Shown piece after piece: positions 1 to 10,011 of a stretch of 64,000 nt of DNA (the first letter of the stretch is position 1; the number at the start of each line of letters is the position of its first letter). The notes under the pieces are model-generated. The model was not told the origin of the DNA and made no database searches. It saw nothing but the letters and a program-made list of their open reading frames with translations. The translations under genes and the position numbers were made by a program. The stretch is from an uncultured Alphaproteobacteria bacterium (lineage in GTDB: Bacteria; Pseudomonadota; Alphaproteobacteria; Thalassobaculales; Thalassobaculaceae): positions 1,981-65,980 of the forward strand of contig CACITD010000007.1 in the NCBI GenBank assembly GCA_902589475.1, given 5' to 3'.

Positions 1-2
1 GA

Positions 3-566
3 GGAGAGGGTGTAGAGGCGTCACTAAGTGACAGAGAAACTTGGGTGGTTGCCGCACTCGCAAAGTTTTCGAAACGTATTTTTGAATTTGGCACCTGTAG
101 CGGAAAAACTTCCCACATAATGGGAATGAATGCACCGAAGGAAGGTCGCGTATATACGCTAACTATTCACCCATCCCAATTAGAGCAACTTAGCTTTGAA
201 AAGGATGATGACCGTTTGCACGAAAATATTGCAAAGCAAGAAGCTAAATTCGATACTTTTTATTATAGTGATCTATCTACATCTGAAAAAATTGAACAGA
301 TATTTTCGGATAGCAAGCAATTCGACGAATCGAAATACAAGAACTCATTTGATCTGATTCTGATTGATGGGGCACATACACAGTCTTACGTTATGAGTGA
401 TTCGAAAAAGGCTTTTTCTATGTTAAACAAGGGAGGTATTATTCTTTGGCACGATTACAAGCCAGAAGCTCGGGATGTTTTTTCGTATCTAAATGAATTA
501 GCTAAGGAAATGCCTTTGCGCCACATTTCGGGTACTGATTTTGTTATTTTCCAGAGAACTTCCTAA
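3..566 (+). CDS. class I SAM-dependent methyltransferase, 5'-partial (the frame stays open to the window edge)
   Basis: Motif-I-like FEFGTCSGKTS and LILIDGAHTQSY...GGIILWHDY, typical of Methyltransf_24-type enzymes. No in-frame stop between position 3 and the ORF-track GTG at 45, so the true start is probably upstream of the window. Confidence 0.6.
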   Translation, partial: GEGVEASLSDRETWVVAALAKFSKRIFEFGTCSGKTSHIMGMNAPKEGRVYTLTIHPSQLEQLSFEKDDDRLHENIAKQEAKFDTFYYSDLSTSEKIEQIFSDSKQFDESKYKNSFDLILIDGAHTQSYVMSDSKKAFSMLNKGGIILWHDYKPEARDVFSYLNELAKEMPLRHISGTDFVIFQRTS

Positions 567-630
567 GATATTTAGTGTTGAAGCGAAATGATCGGACAAA
601 GGAGGATTAAGTTCGGTTTTGGTTGAAAGC

Positions 631-1593
631 TTATAGGATATTGTTACCAGCTAGTTTTTCTCTGATTATTGCTGCCACGCGCTCTGTTTCATTTAGTGGC
701 TCGTAAGTCCAATTATGGAGATTACCATCAAAAGGCCTTGTTCTTCCCTCCTGTTGCATGGCATCTAAAAAGCTCTGTTTTCTTTTGTTATTTTTACCTA
801 GTGTAATAATGTAAACAGGTTTACCTGTTGAACATGCTTCAGATATCATATTTATCGAGTCTGAGGTAACGATTATAGTGTCGGCTAAGCCAAGAAAACC
901 GATGTAAGGGTTTGGTCCGATTCCTTCGTAGACTAAAACGTTTTGTTTTTCATTTAATTTTCGTAGTTGGTATTTTATTGTCTCATCGGTACGTCGGCTA
1001 GTTGTTACCATCAGGCCACAGTCATCCCTTGTTGCGAGGATAGTCAATTTGTCCAGTATTTTTTCTGCGCTAGCCTTATCTATCACTGCTCCTTTAGAAC
1101 TTCCGCCTATGTTAATAGCTATTCGGGGTTGTGGTAAATGACTGACCAAACTCAAAAAACGCTTTGCTTCCGCCTCTAGCTTAATTCTATTTATATTTGT
1201 AAGTGAGCCCTTACTAATAACGATGTTTTTACCTCTAGAAGGATCATGTTCAGGAACTACTAGATGATCAAAAAAGCAAGAGTTTATTCGGGGGTCCTGG
1301 ATGTGGATAGTGGAAACTTTTCCTTTGGATATACATTTAAGTGCTATTGCAAAGCCGGCATGGCGCCTACCGCATGTTATAGAAATTTTGGGAAACGGTG
1401 GGCAGAATTCTTTCTTAAAATATTTGTTTTTCCAGAATAGGGGGAAAGCCCCAACTTGAGGCAGGGCGGTTAAAATGGGTGAAGGCGAAATGTGCTTTAT
1501 TTGATAATTAAGATTTAGTGATTTGGCTAAAGCGATACACTGCAACTCCATTCCCATAGTTCCATCGGATATGATCCAACAGTAATCTTTCAT
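631..1593 (-). CDS. ELM1/DUF1022 family protein (glycosyltransferase-like fold, function unknown)
   Basis: N-terminus WIISDGTMGMELQCIALAKSL resembles the WI.SDG..G.ENQ..GLAEAL signature I recall for bacterial ELM1/DUF1022 proteins. The 320-aa length fits. Confidence 0.65.
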   Translation of the reverse strand: MKDYCWIISDGTMGMELQCIALAKSLNLNYQIKHISPSPILTALPQVGAFPLFWKNKYFKKEFCPPFPKISITCGRRHAGFAIALKCISKGKVSTIHIQDPRINSCFFDHLVVPEHDPSRGKNIVISKGSLTNINRIKLEAEAKRFLSLVSHLPQPRIAINIGGSSKGAVIDKASAEKILDKLTILATRDDCGLMVTTSRRTDETIKYQLRKLNEKQNVLVYEGIGPNPYIGFLGLADTIIVTSDSINMISEACSTGKPVYIITLGKNNKRKQSFLDAMQQEGRTRPFDGNLHNWTYEPLNETERVAAIIREKLAGNNIL

Positions 1594-1770
1594 TATTCTT
1601 ACCTCAATGCCTTATAAGTTAAGCTGCAAGTGTGACGAATTGATCGATTATTTCTATATTTTGTTTAGAGAAGTATACGCAATAATCTTGCGCAACACCA
1701 TTTTTACCTTCATATTGTTGTTTAGTAGTGCTTTTACAAGATGTGATAGTAAGCAGGGGATTTTGTAACG

Positions 1771-2262
1771 ATGCAGCGTGTTAAATTAGACAGTATCGAC
1801 AGGCGTATTTTGCGTGATCTCCAACAAGACGGGAGAGTTACCAATGTGGAGTTGGCTGAACGGGCTGGTATTTCGGCACCACCATGCTTGAGAAGGGTTA
1901 GAGCTTTAGAGAGAGAAGGTTATATTCAGGGCTATCATGCAGAGCTGAACCCTGAGAAACTGGGTTTCACTGTAATAATATTTGCTTTTGTTGGTTTGTC
2001 TAGCCAGGCTGAAAACGATCTTGTAGCTTTTGAAGCAATGATCGAATCCTGGGATGAAGTTAGAGAATGTCACATGCTCTCAGGCGAAACCGATTTTTTA
2101 TTAAAAATAGTGTCAAAAGATTGGGATACCTTTCAAAAGTTCTTAACTACTAAATTAACTCCTGCTCCGAATGTCTCAAATGTAAAAACGGCTTTAGCTT
2201 TTAGAACAAAAAAGTATAGCCCTGGTGTACCTCTCGGAGAATCAGAAAAAGCGGCTGATTAA
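1771..2262 (+). CDS. Lrp/AsnC family transcriptional regulator
   Basis: N-terminal HTH LDSIDRRILRDLQQDGRVTNVELAERAGIS, followed by an AsnC-type effector domain. 163 aa. Confidence 0.9.
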   Translation: MQRVKLDSIDRRILRDLQQDGRVTNVELAERAGISAPPCLRRVRALEREGYIQGYHAELNPEKLGFTVIIFAFVGLSSQAENDLVAFEAMIESWDEVRECHMLSGETDFLLKIVSKDWDTFQKFLTTKLTPAPNVSNVKTALAFRTKKYSPGVPLGESEKAAD

Positions 2263-2317
2263 TCATTGGTTACAACGATATTTACGGAGCTTGCTTTAGT
2301 CGATTCAAGCTGCTCAG

Positions 2318-2791
2318 TTAGGTCACACTAATTTTTAATACTTCATAACTTTTGGCTCCTCGAGGGGTCGTAACCTCAACCGAGTCTCCCACTTTTTTTC
2401 CTATAAGCGCGTTACCGATTGGCGAAGACGTCGAAATCCAACTTTTAGAAATATCAGCTTCATATGGCCCAACTATCGTGTAGGTATTCTCTTCGTCGGT
2501 GTCTTCGTCTGCAACCACGATTGTTGTTCCGAAAGTAACAGTTTTACCATCTATCATCGAGGGATCTATAACTTCTGCTCTACTAATTACGTCCTCTAAC
2601 TCACCTACACGCCCCTCGACAAAACTCTGTCTTTCTCTAGCTGCATGATATTCCGCATTTTCGGATAAGTCCCCATGTTCTCTTGCTTCTGATATAGCTT
2701 TGATGATTTGTGGACGTTCGACGGTCTTTAATTGTTTCAACTCTTCCTGCAGCTGATCGAGACTATCTCTTCTTATGGGTATCTTTTGCAT
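2318..2791 (-). CDS. greA: transcription elongation factor GreA
   Basis: MQKIPIRRDSLDQLQEELKQLK... and EYHAARERQSF are typical GreA sequence. Start moved to the ATG at 2791 (157 aa) from the longer ORF-track start. Confidence 0.92.
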   Translation of the reverse strand: MQKIPIRRDSLDQLQEELKQLKTVERPQIIKAISEAREHGDLSENAEYHAARERQSFVEGRVGELEDVISRAEVIDPSMIDGKTVTFGTTIVVADEDTDEENTYTIVGPYEADISKSWISTSSPIGNALIGKKVGDSVEVTTPRGAKSYEVLKISVT

Positions 2792-2838
2792 AGCTAAACG
2801 GTGTCCTGAACAAACATTACGCAAACATATAGTAACGC

Positions 2839-5800
2839 TTAAAACGAACCATTCAAGTAAGATTGTAATGGCAATACATCTAAAGGGCCTGTGCTTATAG
2901 CTTGTATGCCTTTGACTGCCGCTTTTGCACCCTCAATGGTGGTGTAGTAAGGAATGTTATGGGTAATTGCTGCTCTCCTTAAACTAAAGCTATCTTTGAT
3001 AGCTTGTGCCCCCTCAGTCGTATTTATTACCAAAGCAATCTGTCCAGAAATCATATTATCAACCACATGTGGTCTGCCCTCCAGGACTTTTTTTATTTTT
3101 TCAACTTTCAATCCAGCTTTATTTAAGGAGTTGGCCGTTCCATTGGTAGCTACCAATAGAAAACCCATATTACAGAGGTCGACAGCCAGATTGACTATAG
3201 ATGGTTTGTCGATATCACGAACCGAGATAAAGACCGTTCCAGCTTTTGGTAATTTGGCGCCAGCAGCAAGTTGACTTTTTGCAAATGCCAGAGAAAAGTC
3301 TTTATCTATCCCCATCACTTCACCAGTAGATTTCATTTCCGGTCCTAAAATGCTATCGACACCAGGAAAGCGGGCGAAAGGAAATACAGCTTCTTTAATC
3401 GCTACGTGTTTTAATTGCTGTTTCTCAAGTTTGAAGTTTTTTAATCGTTCGCCTGCCATTACCCTCGCCGCTACTTTTGCTATAGGAACACCCGTTGCCT
3501 TAGCAACAAAAGGAACAGTGCGACTAGCTCTCGGATTGACCTCGAGAAGAAAAATTTCTTCGTCTTTTATTGCGAACTGAATGTTCATCAAGCCACAAAC
3601 ACCTAAGCCGTGTGCAAGCAATTTGGATTGCCTCTTTACTTCTTTAAGCAAACTAGCCGAAAGAGACTGGGGAGGTAACGAACACGCGCTATCTCCCGAG
3701 TGGATGCCAGCCTCTTCAATATGCTCCATAATCCCAGCTATATAAACGTTTTCGTTATCAGCTATGCAGTCAACATCAATCTCAATAGCCTTAGATAGAA
3801 ATTTGTCTATTAGAATAGGGTTTTCTCCTGTGGCAAGAACCGCTTTTTCCATATATTTATTTAAAGCGGCTTCCTCATAAACAATCTCCATCGCACGTCC
3901 ACCAAGAACATATGATGGTCTAATCACAACTGGGTAGCCAATTTCTTCGGCAATGATCTTAGCTTCTTCAAATGAATTTACGGTGCCATTTTGAGGTTGC
4001 TTGAGGTTTAATTCATTGAGCAGCTTTTTAAACTGTTCGCGATCTTCTGCGAGGTCAATTGCCTCCGGTGATGTACCTAAAATATTTATCCCGGCTTCCT
4101 TTAAAGCTTGTGATAATTTAAGTGGTGTCTGGCCACCTAACTGGACTATTACGCCAACAACTTTTCCTAGTTTCTCTTCTGTTTTTATTAAGCTAATAAC
4201 ACTTTCGGCCGTTAGGGGTTCAAAATAAAGCCTATCGGAAGTGTCGTAGTCGGTCGAAACGGTTTCCGGATTACAATTCACCATTATTGTTTCAAAACCA
4301 GCTTCAGATAGTGCATAAGCCGCATGCACACAACAGTAGTCAAATTCTATCCCTTGGCCTATTCGGTTTGGGCCACCACCAAGAATGATGACCTTGTTTC
4401 TATCTGTTGGGTCAGCTTCACATTCAGCGAGGTTAAGTCCATCGCCCTCGTAACACGAGTACATATAGGGCGTGTTTGCTGAAAACTCTGCTGCACATGT
4501 GTCTATTCTTTTGAATACTGGAGCAACGCCGAGACTTGAGCGTAATTCTGAAATCTCGTCTTCGGATTTATTAGAGAGCTTTGCTAAGCGTGCGTCAGAA
4601 AAACCGTTACGTTTTAAGTGAAAAAGTTCTTCTTTGCTCTCTGGTATTCCATTGTCGATTACAGTTTTTTCAATTTCAATTGCGAGTTGGATCTGTCTTA
4701 TAAACCAGCGGTCGATTGAGCAGGCTTCGTAGATTTCATCCACAGTGAGACCTAGTCGAAATGCTTGGGCTACCCGTAAAAGACGCTCGGGCACGGGTTC
4801 TGAAAGTTTTGCTAGTATGGTACTTTTGTTAGGATTGAGTTCAATCCTATTTGAAAGAGGGATTTCATCAAAACCGGTTAACCCAGTTTCCATAGAATTT
4901 AAAGCCTTTTGCAATGATTCTAGAAATGTTCTGCCAATAGCCATTGCCTCGCCAACCGACTTCATGGATGTTGTCAGTGTCGCTTCAGCACCGGCAAATT
5001 TCTCAAAAGTAAATCTTGGTATCTTGGTTACCACATAATCAATTGTAGGTTCAAAACTTGCAGGCGTTTCTTTTGTGATATCGTTCTCTAATTCATCTAG
5101 CGTATATCCAACTGCAAGTTTAGCTGCAATTTTTGCAATCGGGAAACCGGTAGCTTTGGATGCTAATGCAGATGATCTTGATACTCTTGGGTTCATCTCT
5201 ATGACGACGAGACGGCCAGTATCTGGATTTACAGCAAACTGAACATTAGAACCGCCTGTATCGACCCCAACTTCCCTTAGCACCTCAATGGAGGCTGTCC
5301 TCATGCGCTGGTATTCTTTGTCTGTTAACGTAAGTGCGGGAGCTACTGTAATTGAGTCACCCGTATGTATCCCCATTGGATCTACATTTTCAATTGAGCA
5401 AACAATTATACAGTTGTCATTTTTATCTCGGACAACTTCCATCTCAAATTCTTTCCAGCCAAGGACAGATTCTTCTATTAAAACGGTGCCGACGGGTGAA
5501 AGCCTCAGTGCATTGCGAAGTATTTCATTAAACTCATCTATATTATAAGCTATTCCGCCGCCTGTACCTGCGAGTGTAAAAGAGGGACGGAGTATAGCTG
5601 GTAGTCCGATATCCTTGACCGCTTGCGCACCTTCTTCTTCGTTTGATACTAAATGAGAAAGAGGTGATTCCAAGCCTATCCTATCCATCGCTTCTCGGAA
5701 TAATAAGCGATCCTCTGCTTTCTCTATAGCGTCTAAATTTGCGCCAATAAGTTCAACTCTAAAATCCTCAAGCGTACCATCCTTGGCTAAAGTTAACGCG

Positions 5801-6093
5801 GTATTAAGAGCAGTTTGTCCTCCCATTGTCGGTAAGATTGCATCGGGGTTTTCTTTTTCTAAAATTATTTTAACGGCTTCTGCCGTTATTGGTTCAATAT
5901 AGGTCGCATCCGCAAGTCCGGGATCAGTCATTATCGTCGCAGGATTAGAGTTTAGAAGTATTATCCGATAACCTTCCTTCTTTAGTGCCTTGCATGCCTG
6001 TGTGCCCGAGTAATCGAATTCGCAAGCTTGTCCAATTACAATTGGTCCAGCACCAATGATCAGTATTGATTTAATGTCATCACGTTTAGGCAT
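2839..6093 (-). CDS. carB: carbamoyl-phosphate synthase large subunit
   Basis: 1084 aa with duplicated ATP-grasp halves ([28 protein letters not shown] and [24 protein letters not shown]) and a C-terminal MGS-like domain. Confidence 0.97.
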   Translation of the reverse strand: MPKRDDIKSILIIGAGPIVIGQACEFDYSGTQACKALKKEGYRIILLNSNPATIMTDPGLADATYIEPITAEAVKIILEKENPDAILPTMGGQTALNTALTLAKDGTLEDFRVELIGANLDAIEKAEDRLLFREAMDRIGLESPLSHLVSNEEEGAQAVKDIGLPAILRPSFTLAGTGGGIAYNIDEFNEILRNALRLSPVGTVLIEESVLGWKEFEMEVVRDKNDNCIIVCSIENVDPMGIHTGDSITVAPALTLTDKEYQRMRTASIEVLREVGVDTGGSNVQFAVNPDTGRLVVIEMNPRVSRSSALASKATGFPIAKIAAKLAVGYTLDELENDITKETPASFEPTIDYVVTKIPRFTFEKFAGAEATLTTSMKSVGEAMAIGRTFLESLQKALNSMETGLTGFDEIPLSNRIELNPNKSTILAKLSEPVPERLLRVAQAFRLGLTVDEIYEACSIDRWFIRQIQLAIEIEKTVIDNGIPESKEELFHLKRNGFSDARLAKLSNKSEDEISELRSSLGVAPVFKRIDTCAAEFSANTPYMYSCYEGDGLNLAECEADPTDRNKVIILGGGPNRIGQGIEFDYCCVHAAYALSEAGFETIMVNCNPETVSTDYDTSDRLYFEPLTAESVISLIKTEEKLGKVVGVIVQLGGQTPLKLSQALKEAGINILGTSPEAIDLAEDREQFKKLLNELNLKQPQNGTVNSFEEAKIIAEEIGYPVVIRPSYVLGGRAMEIVYEEAALNKYMEKAVLATGENPILIDKFLSKAIEIDVDCIADNENVYIAGIMEHIEEAGIHSGDSACSLPPQSLSASLLKEVKRQSKLLAHGLGVCGLMNIQFAIKDEEIFLLEVNPRASRTVPFVAKATGVPIAKVAARVMAGERLKNFKLEKQQLKHVAIKEAVFPFARFPGVDSILGPEMKSTGEVMGIDKDFSLAFAKSQLAAGAKLPKAGTVFISVRDIDKPSIVNLAVDLCNMGFLLVATNGTANSLNKAGLKVEKIKKVLEGRPHVVDNMISGQIALVINTTEGAQAIKDSFSLRRAAITHNIPYYTTIEGAKAAVKGIQAISTGPLDVLPLQSYLNGSF

Positions 6094-7306
6094 TATCTGA
6101 CAGCCTTGATTTTTCGATTATTTCCAAGAACTGGCGGAAGAGGTAGTCGCTCTCAGTTGGACCAGGCGATGCCTCTGGGTGATATTGTACAGAAAAAATA
6201 TTTCTTTCAGCGATTTCAAAGCCTTCTATGGATCCATCGAACAATGATCTATGGGTAATGGTGGCAGACTCGGGTAGAGTTTGTTCCGATATGACGAAGC
6301 CATGATTTTGACTTGTGATTTCTATTCTACCGGTTTTGATTTGCTTGACAGGATGGTTCCCACCACGATGTCCGTTTCTCATTTTTTCGGTTTTTGCACC
6401 AAGTGCTAGTGACAACAGCTGATGACCTAGGCAAATTCCGAAAATTGGTGTGTTAGTGTTCAATAGATTTCTTATTATGGGAACTGCATACTTGGCCGTT
6501 GCTGCCGGATCTCCTGGCCCGTTGGATAGAAAAATTCCATCTGGTCGAAGGTTCAGTATTGCATCAGCGCTCAAATTTGAAGGCACTGTAGTAACCTTCG
6601 CTCCGAGTTGTGCTAAATTTCTTAAGATATTTCGTTTAGCTCCATAGTCTATAGCCACTATGTGGTAATCTTTTCGTTCTGCGTTTTCAAAACCATCATC
6701 GTTTACTCTAGAGCCGAACTTCCACGTCCCAGTTGACCATTTTTCTAATTCTCTAGTTGAGACAACGGAGGCTAAATCCATTCCTGACAAACTTGGATGG
6801 TTTTGCGCTTTAACTGTAAGTTTGTCGAGATCAAAAGATTTTTTATTAGAGAACGAAATAATACCGTTCATAGCGCCAAAGTGTCTTATACGGCGGGTTA
6901 AATTTCTTGTATCTACACCCGCTATACCAGTCAAACCTGCGCTCGCTAACCAACAAGAAAAATCTTGAGTTGCCCTATAGTTTGAGGGCGCAGTGATATC
7001 AGATTTTAGTATGATTCCTGCTGCTGCGGCAGTCTCGCGTTCTAAATCATCGAGATTTGTCCCGACGTTCCCAATATGGGGGAAAGTGAAAGTTATTATC
7101 TGGCCAGCATATGATGGATCAGTGATAATTTCTTGGTAACCGGTCATTGATGTGTTGAAGCAGACTTCGCCAACAATATCCTTTTCTAAGCCGACCCCGT
7201 GCCCCCAAAAAACGGTCCCATCCGCGAGCACCAGTACCGCATTAGCATTAGCTGGTTGCTCTACACGTCGCTTTTCGGAAGGAACGGTCGCTTTGGCGTC
7301 CGACAT
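6086..7306 (-). CDS. carA: carbamoyl-phosphate synthase small (glutaminase) subunit
   Basis: GATase catalytic motif [10 protein letters not shown] and [10 protein letters not shown]. Start set at the ATG at 7306, preceded by GAGGA about 10 nt upstream. The stop overlaps the carB ATG by 8 nt (ATGCCTAA). Confidence 0.93.
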   Translation of the reverse strand: MSDAKATVPSEKRRVEQPANANAVLVLADGTVFWGHGVGLEKDIVGEVCFNTSMTGYQEIITDPSYAGQIITFTFPHIGNVGTNLDDLERETAAAAGIILKSDITAPSNYRATQDFSCWLASAGLTGIAGVDTRNLTRRIRHFGAMNGIISFSNKKSFDLDKLTVKAQNHPSLSGMDLASVVSTRELEKWSTGTWKFGSRVNDDGFENAERKDYHIVAIDYGAKRNILRNLAQLGAKVTTVPSNLSADAILNLRPDGIFLSNGPGDPAATAKYAVPIIRNLLNTNTPIFGICLGHQLLSLALGAKTEKMRNGHRGGNHPVKQIKTGRIEITSQNHGFVISEQTLPESATITHRSLFDGSIEGFEIAERNIFSVQYHPEASPGPTESDYLFRQFLEIIEKSRLSDNA

Positions 7307-7500
7307 TGATGCATAATCCTCGAATGACAGTAGCAAGGTTGGATACGCTAAAGAAACATCCTGGTCAACCCCGGATTCACGATATAAAATCTCAGTAGCC
7401 CGGGTAGTAAATAAAAAGCTTGCCTTTTAGTGGGAATTCACCATTTATAGGGCGAAAATTTTATCAATCATGCTTATTGGTTTGGGAAAGGTACTCGGAT

Positions 7501-7956
7501 TTGTTACGTTCTGAACTAAATGACGCCCTGAAAAGTGCTATGAAAACGAAAGATACGTGTGCTGTAGGGACGATTCGATTAATTTTAGCTTCCATTAAGG
7601 ATCAAGATATCTGTGCACGAACCGATGGAGACTCGGACGGCATATCGGATGACCAAGTGCTGGCATTATTTAATACGATGGTCAAACAGAGGAGAGAATC
7701 CATTCGTCTTTATGAGCAAGGCGGTCGCTTAGAGCTTGCTCAGAGGGAACAGGCGGAAATAGATGTGATCCGGCGTTTTATGCCGAGTCAATTAGAGGGC
7801 GACGCATTTCAGGCGGCTATACAAGATGCAATATTAGAGGTTGATGCAAAAACTATAAAAGACATGGGTAAGACTATGGCTCTACTCAAGCAAAAATATC
7901 CAGGACAAATGGACTTTTCCAAGGCAAGTGGGGTTGTGCGAGAGAAACTTGTTTAG
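7501..7956 (+). CDS. GatB/YqeY domain-containing protein
   Basis: LRSELNDALKSAMKTKD... matches the YqeY N-terminus. Start placed at the in-frame TTG at 7501 (about 151 aa) with AAAGG upstream. The 178-aa ORF-track version adds a non-conserved N-terminal extension. Start is uncertain. Confidence 0.72.
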   Translation: MLRSELNDALKSAMKTKDTCAVGTIRLILASIKDQDICARTDGDSDGISDDQVLALFNTMVKQRRESIRLYEQGGRLELAQREQAEIDVIRRFMPSQLEGDAFQAAIQDAILEVDAKTIKDMGKTMALLKQKYPGQMDFSKASGVVREKLV

Positions 7957-8024
7957 GACACGCTTTAGTCAGTTTTAAAAATATCGATTTGTTACCACTC
8001 GCGAGTAATGAAATCAGTCGGTAA

Positions 8025-9383
8025 CTAAATTATCTCGAAATAGCGTTTTAATTGCCACTCGTCCACCTGGTTTCTGTGCAATTTCTCTTCCTTTTCGCGG
8101 CTCGTGCAAAAATGTTCTATGAACTCGCTACCGAAGAGCAATCTGGCAACTTTTGATTTTCTAAGACGGGCGGACGCGTCGCCGAGACTAGATGGGAGCG
8201 GCTTAATACCTCGTTTTCCAGCAGCTTCATTTATGGATTTCGTAGGTTCGATTTTGTTTTCTATTCCCCATAACCCTGATCCTAAAGCTACTGACATTGA
8301 AAGATATGGATTTGAGTCTGCAGATGCTAATCTATATTCCACCCGCTGACTAATAGGGGTTCCAGGTATAACTCTGAGGGAGGCTGTTCGATTGTCTACA
8401 CCCCAACTATTATCGATCGGTGCCCAGTAATTTGGAATAAGTCGCCGATACGAGTTTATAGTCGGAGCCACCATTGCTATTAATTCAGGCATCAGTTTTT
8501 GTTGACCTCCTATAAACCACCGCATTTCATCGCTTATATTCAATGGCTGAGACGGGTCAAAGAAAATATTTTGCTTCTCTTCATTCTGTAAGGACAGATG
8601 TATGTGACCCGATTGGCCAGGGTGTTCTGTTGACCATTTCGCCATAAACGTAGCCATTAGCTCGCGTCTTTGCGCAAATATTTTTGTAAATGTTTTAAAT
8701 AAAGTGGCCTTATCAGCAGCATTAAGAATACTATCAGGTGCTAGTGCTGCTTCTAGTACCCCCGGGCCAGTTTCTGTATGATAACCCTCGAGTGGAATAT
8801 CTATTAATTCACACATCTCTAAAAATTCATTATGAAAATCCGAGTGGACAGAGTTCCTTATTACAGAGTAGCCAAAGTTTCCTGGGGTAAAGGGCACCAA
8901 GTTTCTATAATTTTTGGCGCGTACAGTCTCGGGTGTTTCTTGAAATAGAAAGTACTCATATTCAGCGCCGGCTAGTGCTGAAAAACCGAGGCTCTCACCT
9001 TTTTTAATCACTTTTTTGAGTATTGATCTTGGACAAAGTTTGGACGCATTTCCATAAAATTCGGCTAAAAAAAACAGTAAGTCGTTTTCAAAAGGAATAA
9101 ACCGAGCGGTCTCAGGTATGGGCATGACGTGTACATCTGGAAAACCAGAGTCCCAACCAGTGTATTTTATATCGTCGTAAATCTGATCATTAGAGTCCCA
9201 CCCTAAAATGACATCGCAAAACCCGAAGCCGTCCTTTAAAGCGCTCAATAACTTCTTTTTTGACATATATTTTCCTCGCAGAATACCATCCATATCGGTA
9301 ACTGCTACTTTTCCGTAAGGTAGCTTGCATGCCTTCAGAGCGGAACAAGCTTCAGCAATTGTTTTGATTTTTTTTTTGTCCAT
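8025..9383 (-). CDS. glutamine synthetase family protein (type I-like gamma-glutamyl ligase; substrate unknown)
   Basis: 452 aa with GS catalytic-domain motifs (GAEYEYFLF, HPGQSGHIHLSL, NSYRRL, RVEYRLASADSNPY). Confidence 0.85.
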   Translation of the reverse strand: MDKKKIKTIAEACSALKACKLPYGKVAVTDMDGILRGKYMSKKKLLSALKDGFGFCDVILGWDSNDQIYDDIKYTGWDSGFPDVHVMPIPETARFIPFENDLLFFLAEFYGNASKLCPRSILKKVIKKGESLGFSALAGAEYEYFLFQETPETVRAKNYRNLVPFTPGNFGYSVIRNSVHSDFHNEFLEMCELIDIPLEGYHTETGPGVLEAALAPDSILNAADKATLFKTFTKIFAQRRELMATFMAKWSTEHPGQSGHIHLSLQNEEKQNIFFDPSQPLNISDEMRWFIGGQQKLMPELIAMVAPTINSYRRLIPNYWAPIDNSWGVDNRTASLRVIPGTPISQRVEYRLASADSNPYLSMSVALGSGLWGIENKIEPTKSINEAAGKRGIKPLPSSLGDASARLRKSKVARLLFGSEFIEHFCTSREKEEKLHRNQVDEWQLKRYFEII

Positions 9384-9524
9384 GTCTAGTAGTCTTCACA
9401 ATAGAAAAAATAGATTTAAGTTAAGCAAATAAATAATGGAAATTAGTTGGATATAGTAATTATTATTACAGAAAATTCACGCAAAGAAAAAAGAAGTAAT
9501 TTTAGCCACAAAAGGCGGGATGAA

Positions 9525-9989
9525 ATGTCAAAAATGAAAATTACTGGGCCTTGGGATATGCAGAAAATTGAGTCATATCTTGATACTTGTGTTGTTCCGT
9601 TAAAACTTGCCATCATATCGTCTCGTGGCTGGCCTGTGATAGCATCGTTATGGTTTTTTTATGAACGTGGCGTGATATATTGCGCCAGCAAAGAAAAGTC
9701 AAAAGTAGTTCAGTTATTGAAAAAAAACAATAAGTGTGCATTCGAAGTCTCCCCTGATGCGCCACCATATCATGGGGTTAGGGGACAAGGTCTGGCTGTT
9801 TTGGGTCATGACCCTAGCGGGAAAACGCTGGAAAATTTACACGACCGCTTTTTAGGGAATACGAAGACGACATTTAAAGCCTGGCTTATGCGTGGGGCAT
9901 CCGAAGAAGTAATAATCAGGATTACCCCATCAAACCTTATGAGTTGGGATTATAGAAACCGAATGGATAAAGAACGCAGAGAAGCTTAA
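9525..9989 (+). CDS. pyridoxamine 5'-phosphate oxidase-like (FMN-binding split-barrel) family protein, tentative
   Basis: Size and pattern (VVPLKLAIISSRGWPVIASLWFFYERGVIYCAS...KCAFEVS) resemble PNPOx-like proteins. Start set at the ATG at 9525 (MSKMK). Confidence 0.45.
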   Translation: MSKMKITGPWDMQKIESYLDTCVVPLKLAIISSRGWPVIASLWFFYERGVIYCASKEKSKVVQLLKKNNKCAFEVSPDAPPYHGVRGQGLAVLGHDPSGKTLENLHDRFLGNTKTTFKAWLMRGASEEVIIRITPSNLMSWDYRNRMDKERREA

Positions 9990-10011
9990 TTTTGCTAGAG
10001 GTACACTTTGA

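Noticed and set aside
2287-2315. A hairpin-capable sequence (AGCTTG...CAAGCT) between the convergent Lrp-family and greA genes, as a possible bidirectional terminator.
   Set aside because: It has only a 6-bp stem with a 12-nt loop, competing alternative registers, and no flanking U-tract on either strand.
2954-5548. Five 75-106-aa ORFs on the plus strand inside carB, and one inside carA at 6450-6647.
   Set aside because: All are antisense to a 1084-aa gene with textbook motifs. They have no SD sequences or recognisable domains. These are shadow ORFs.
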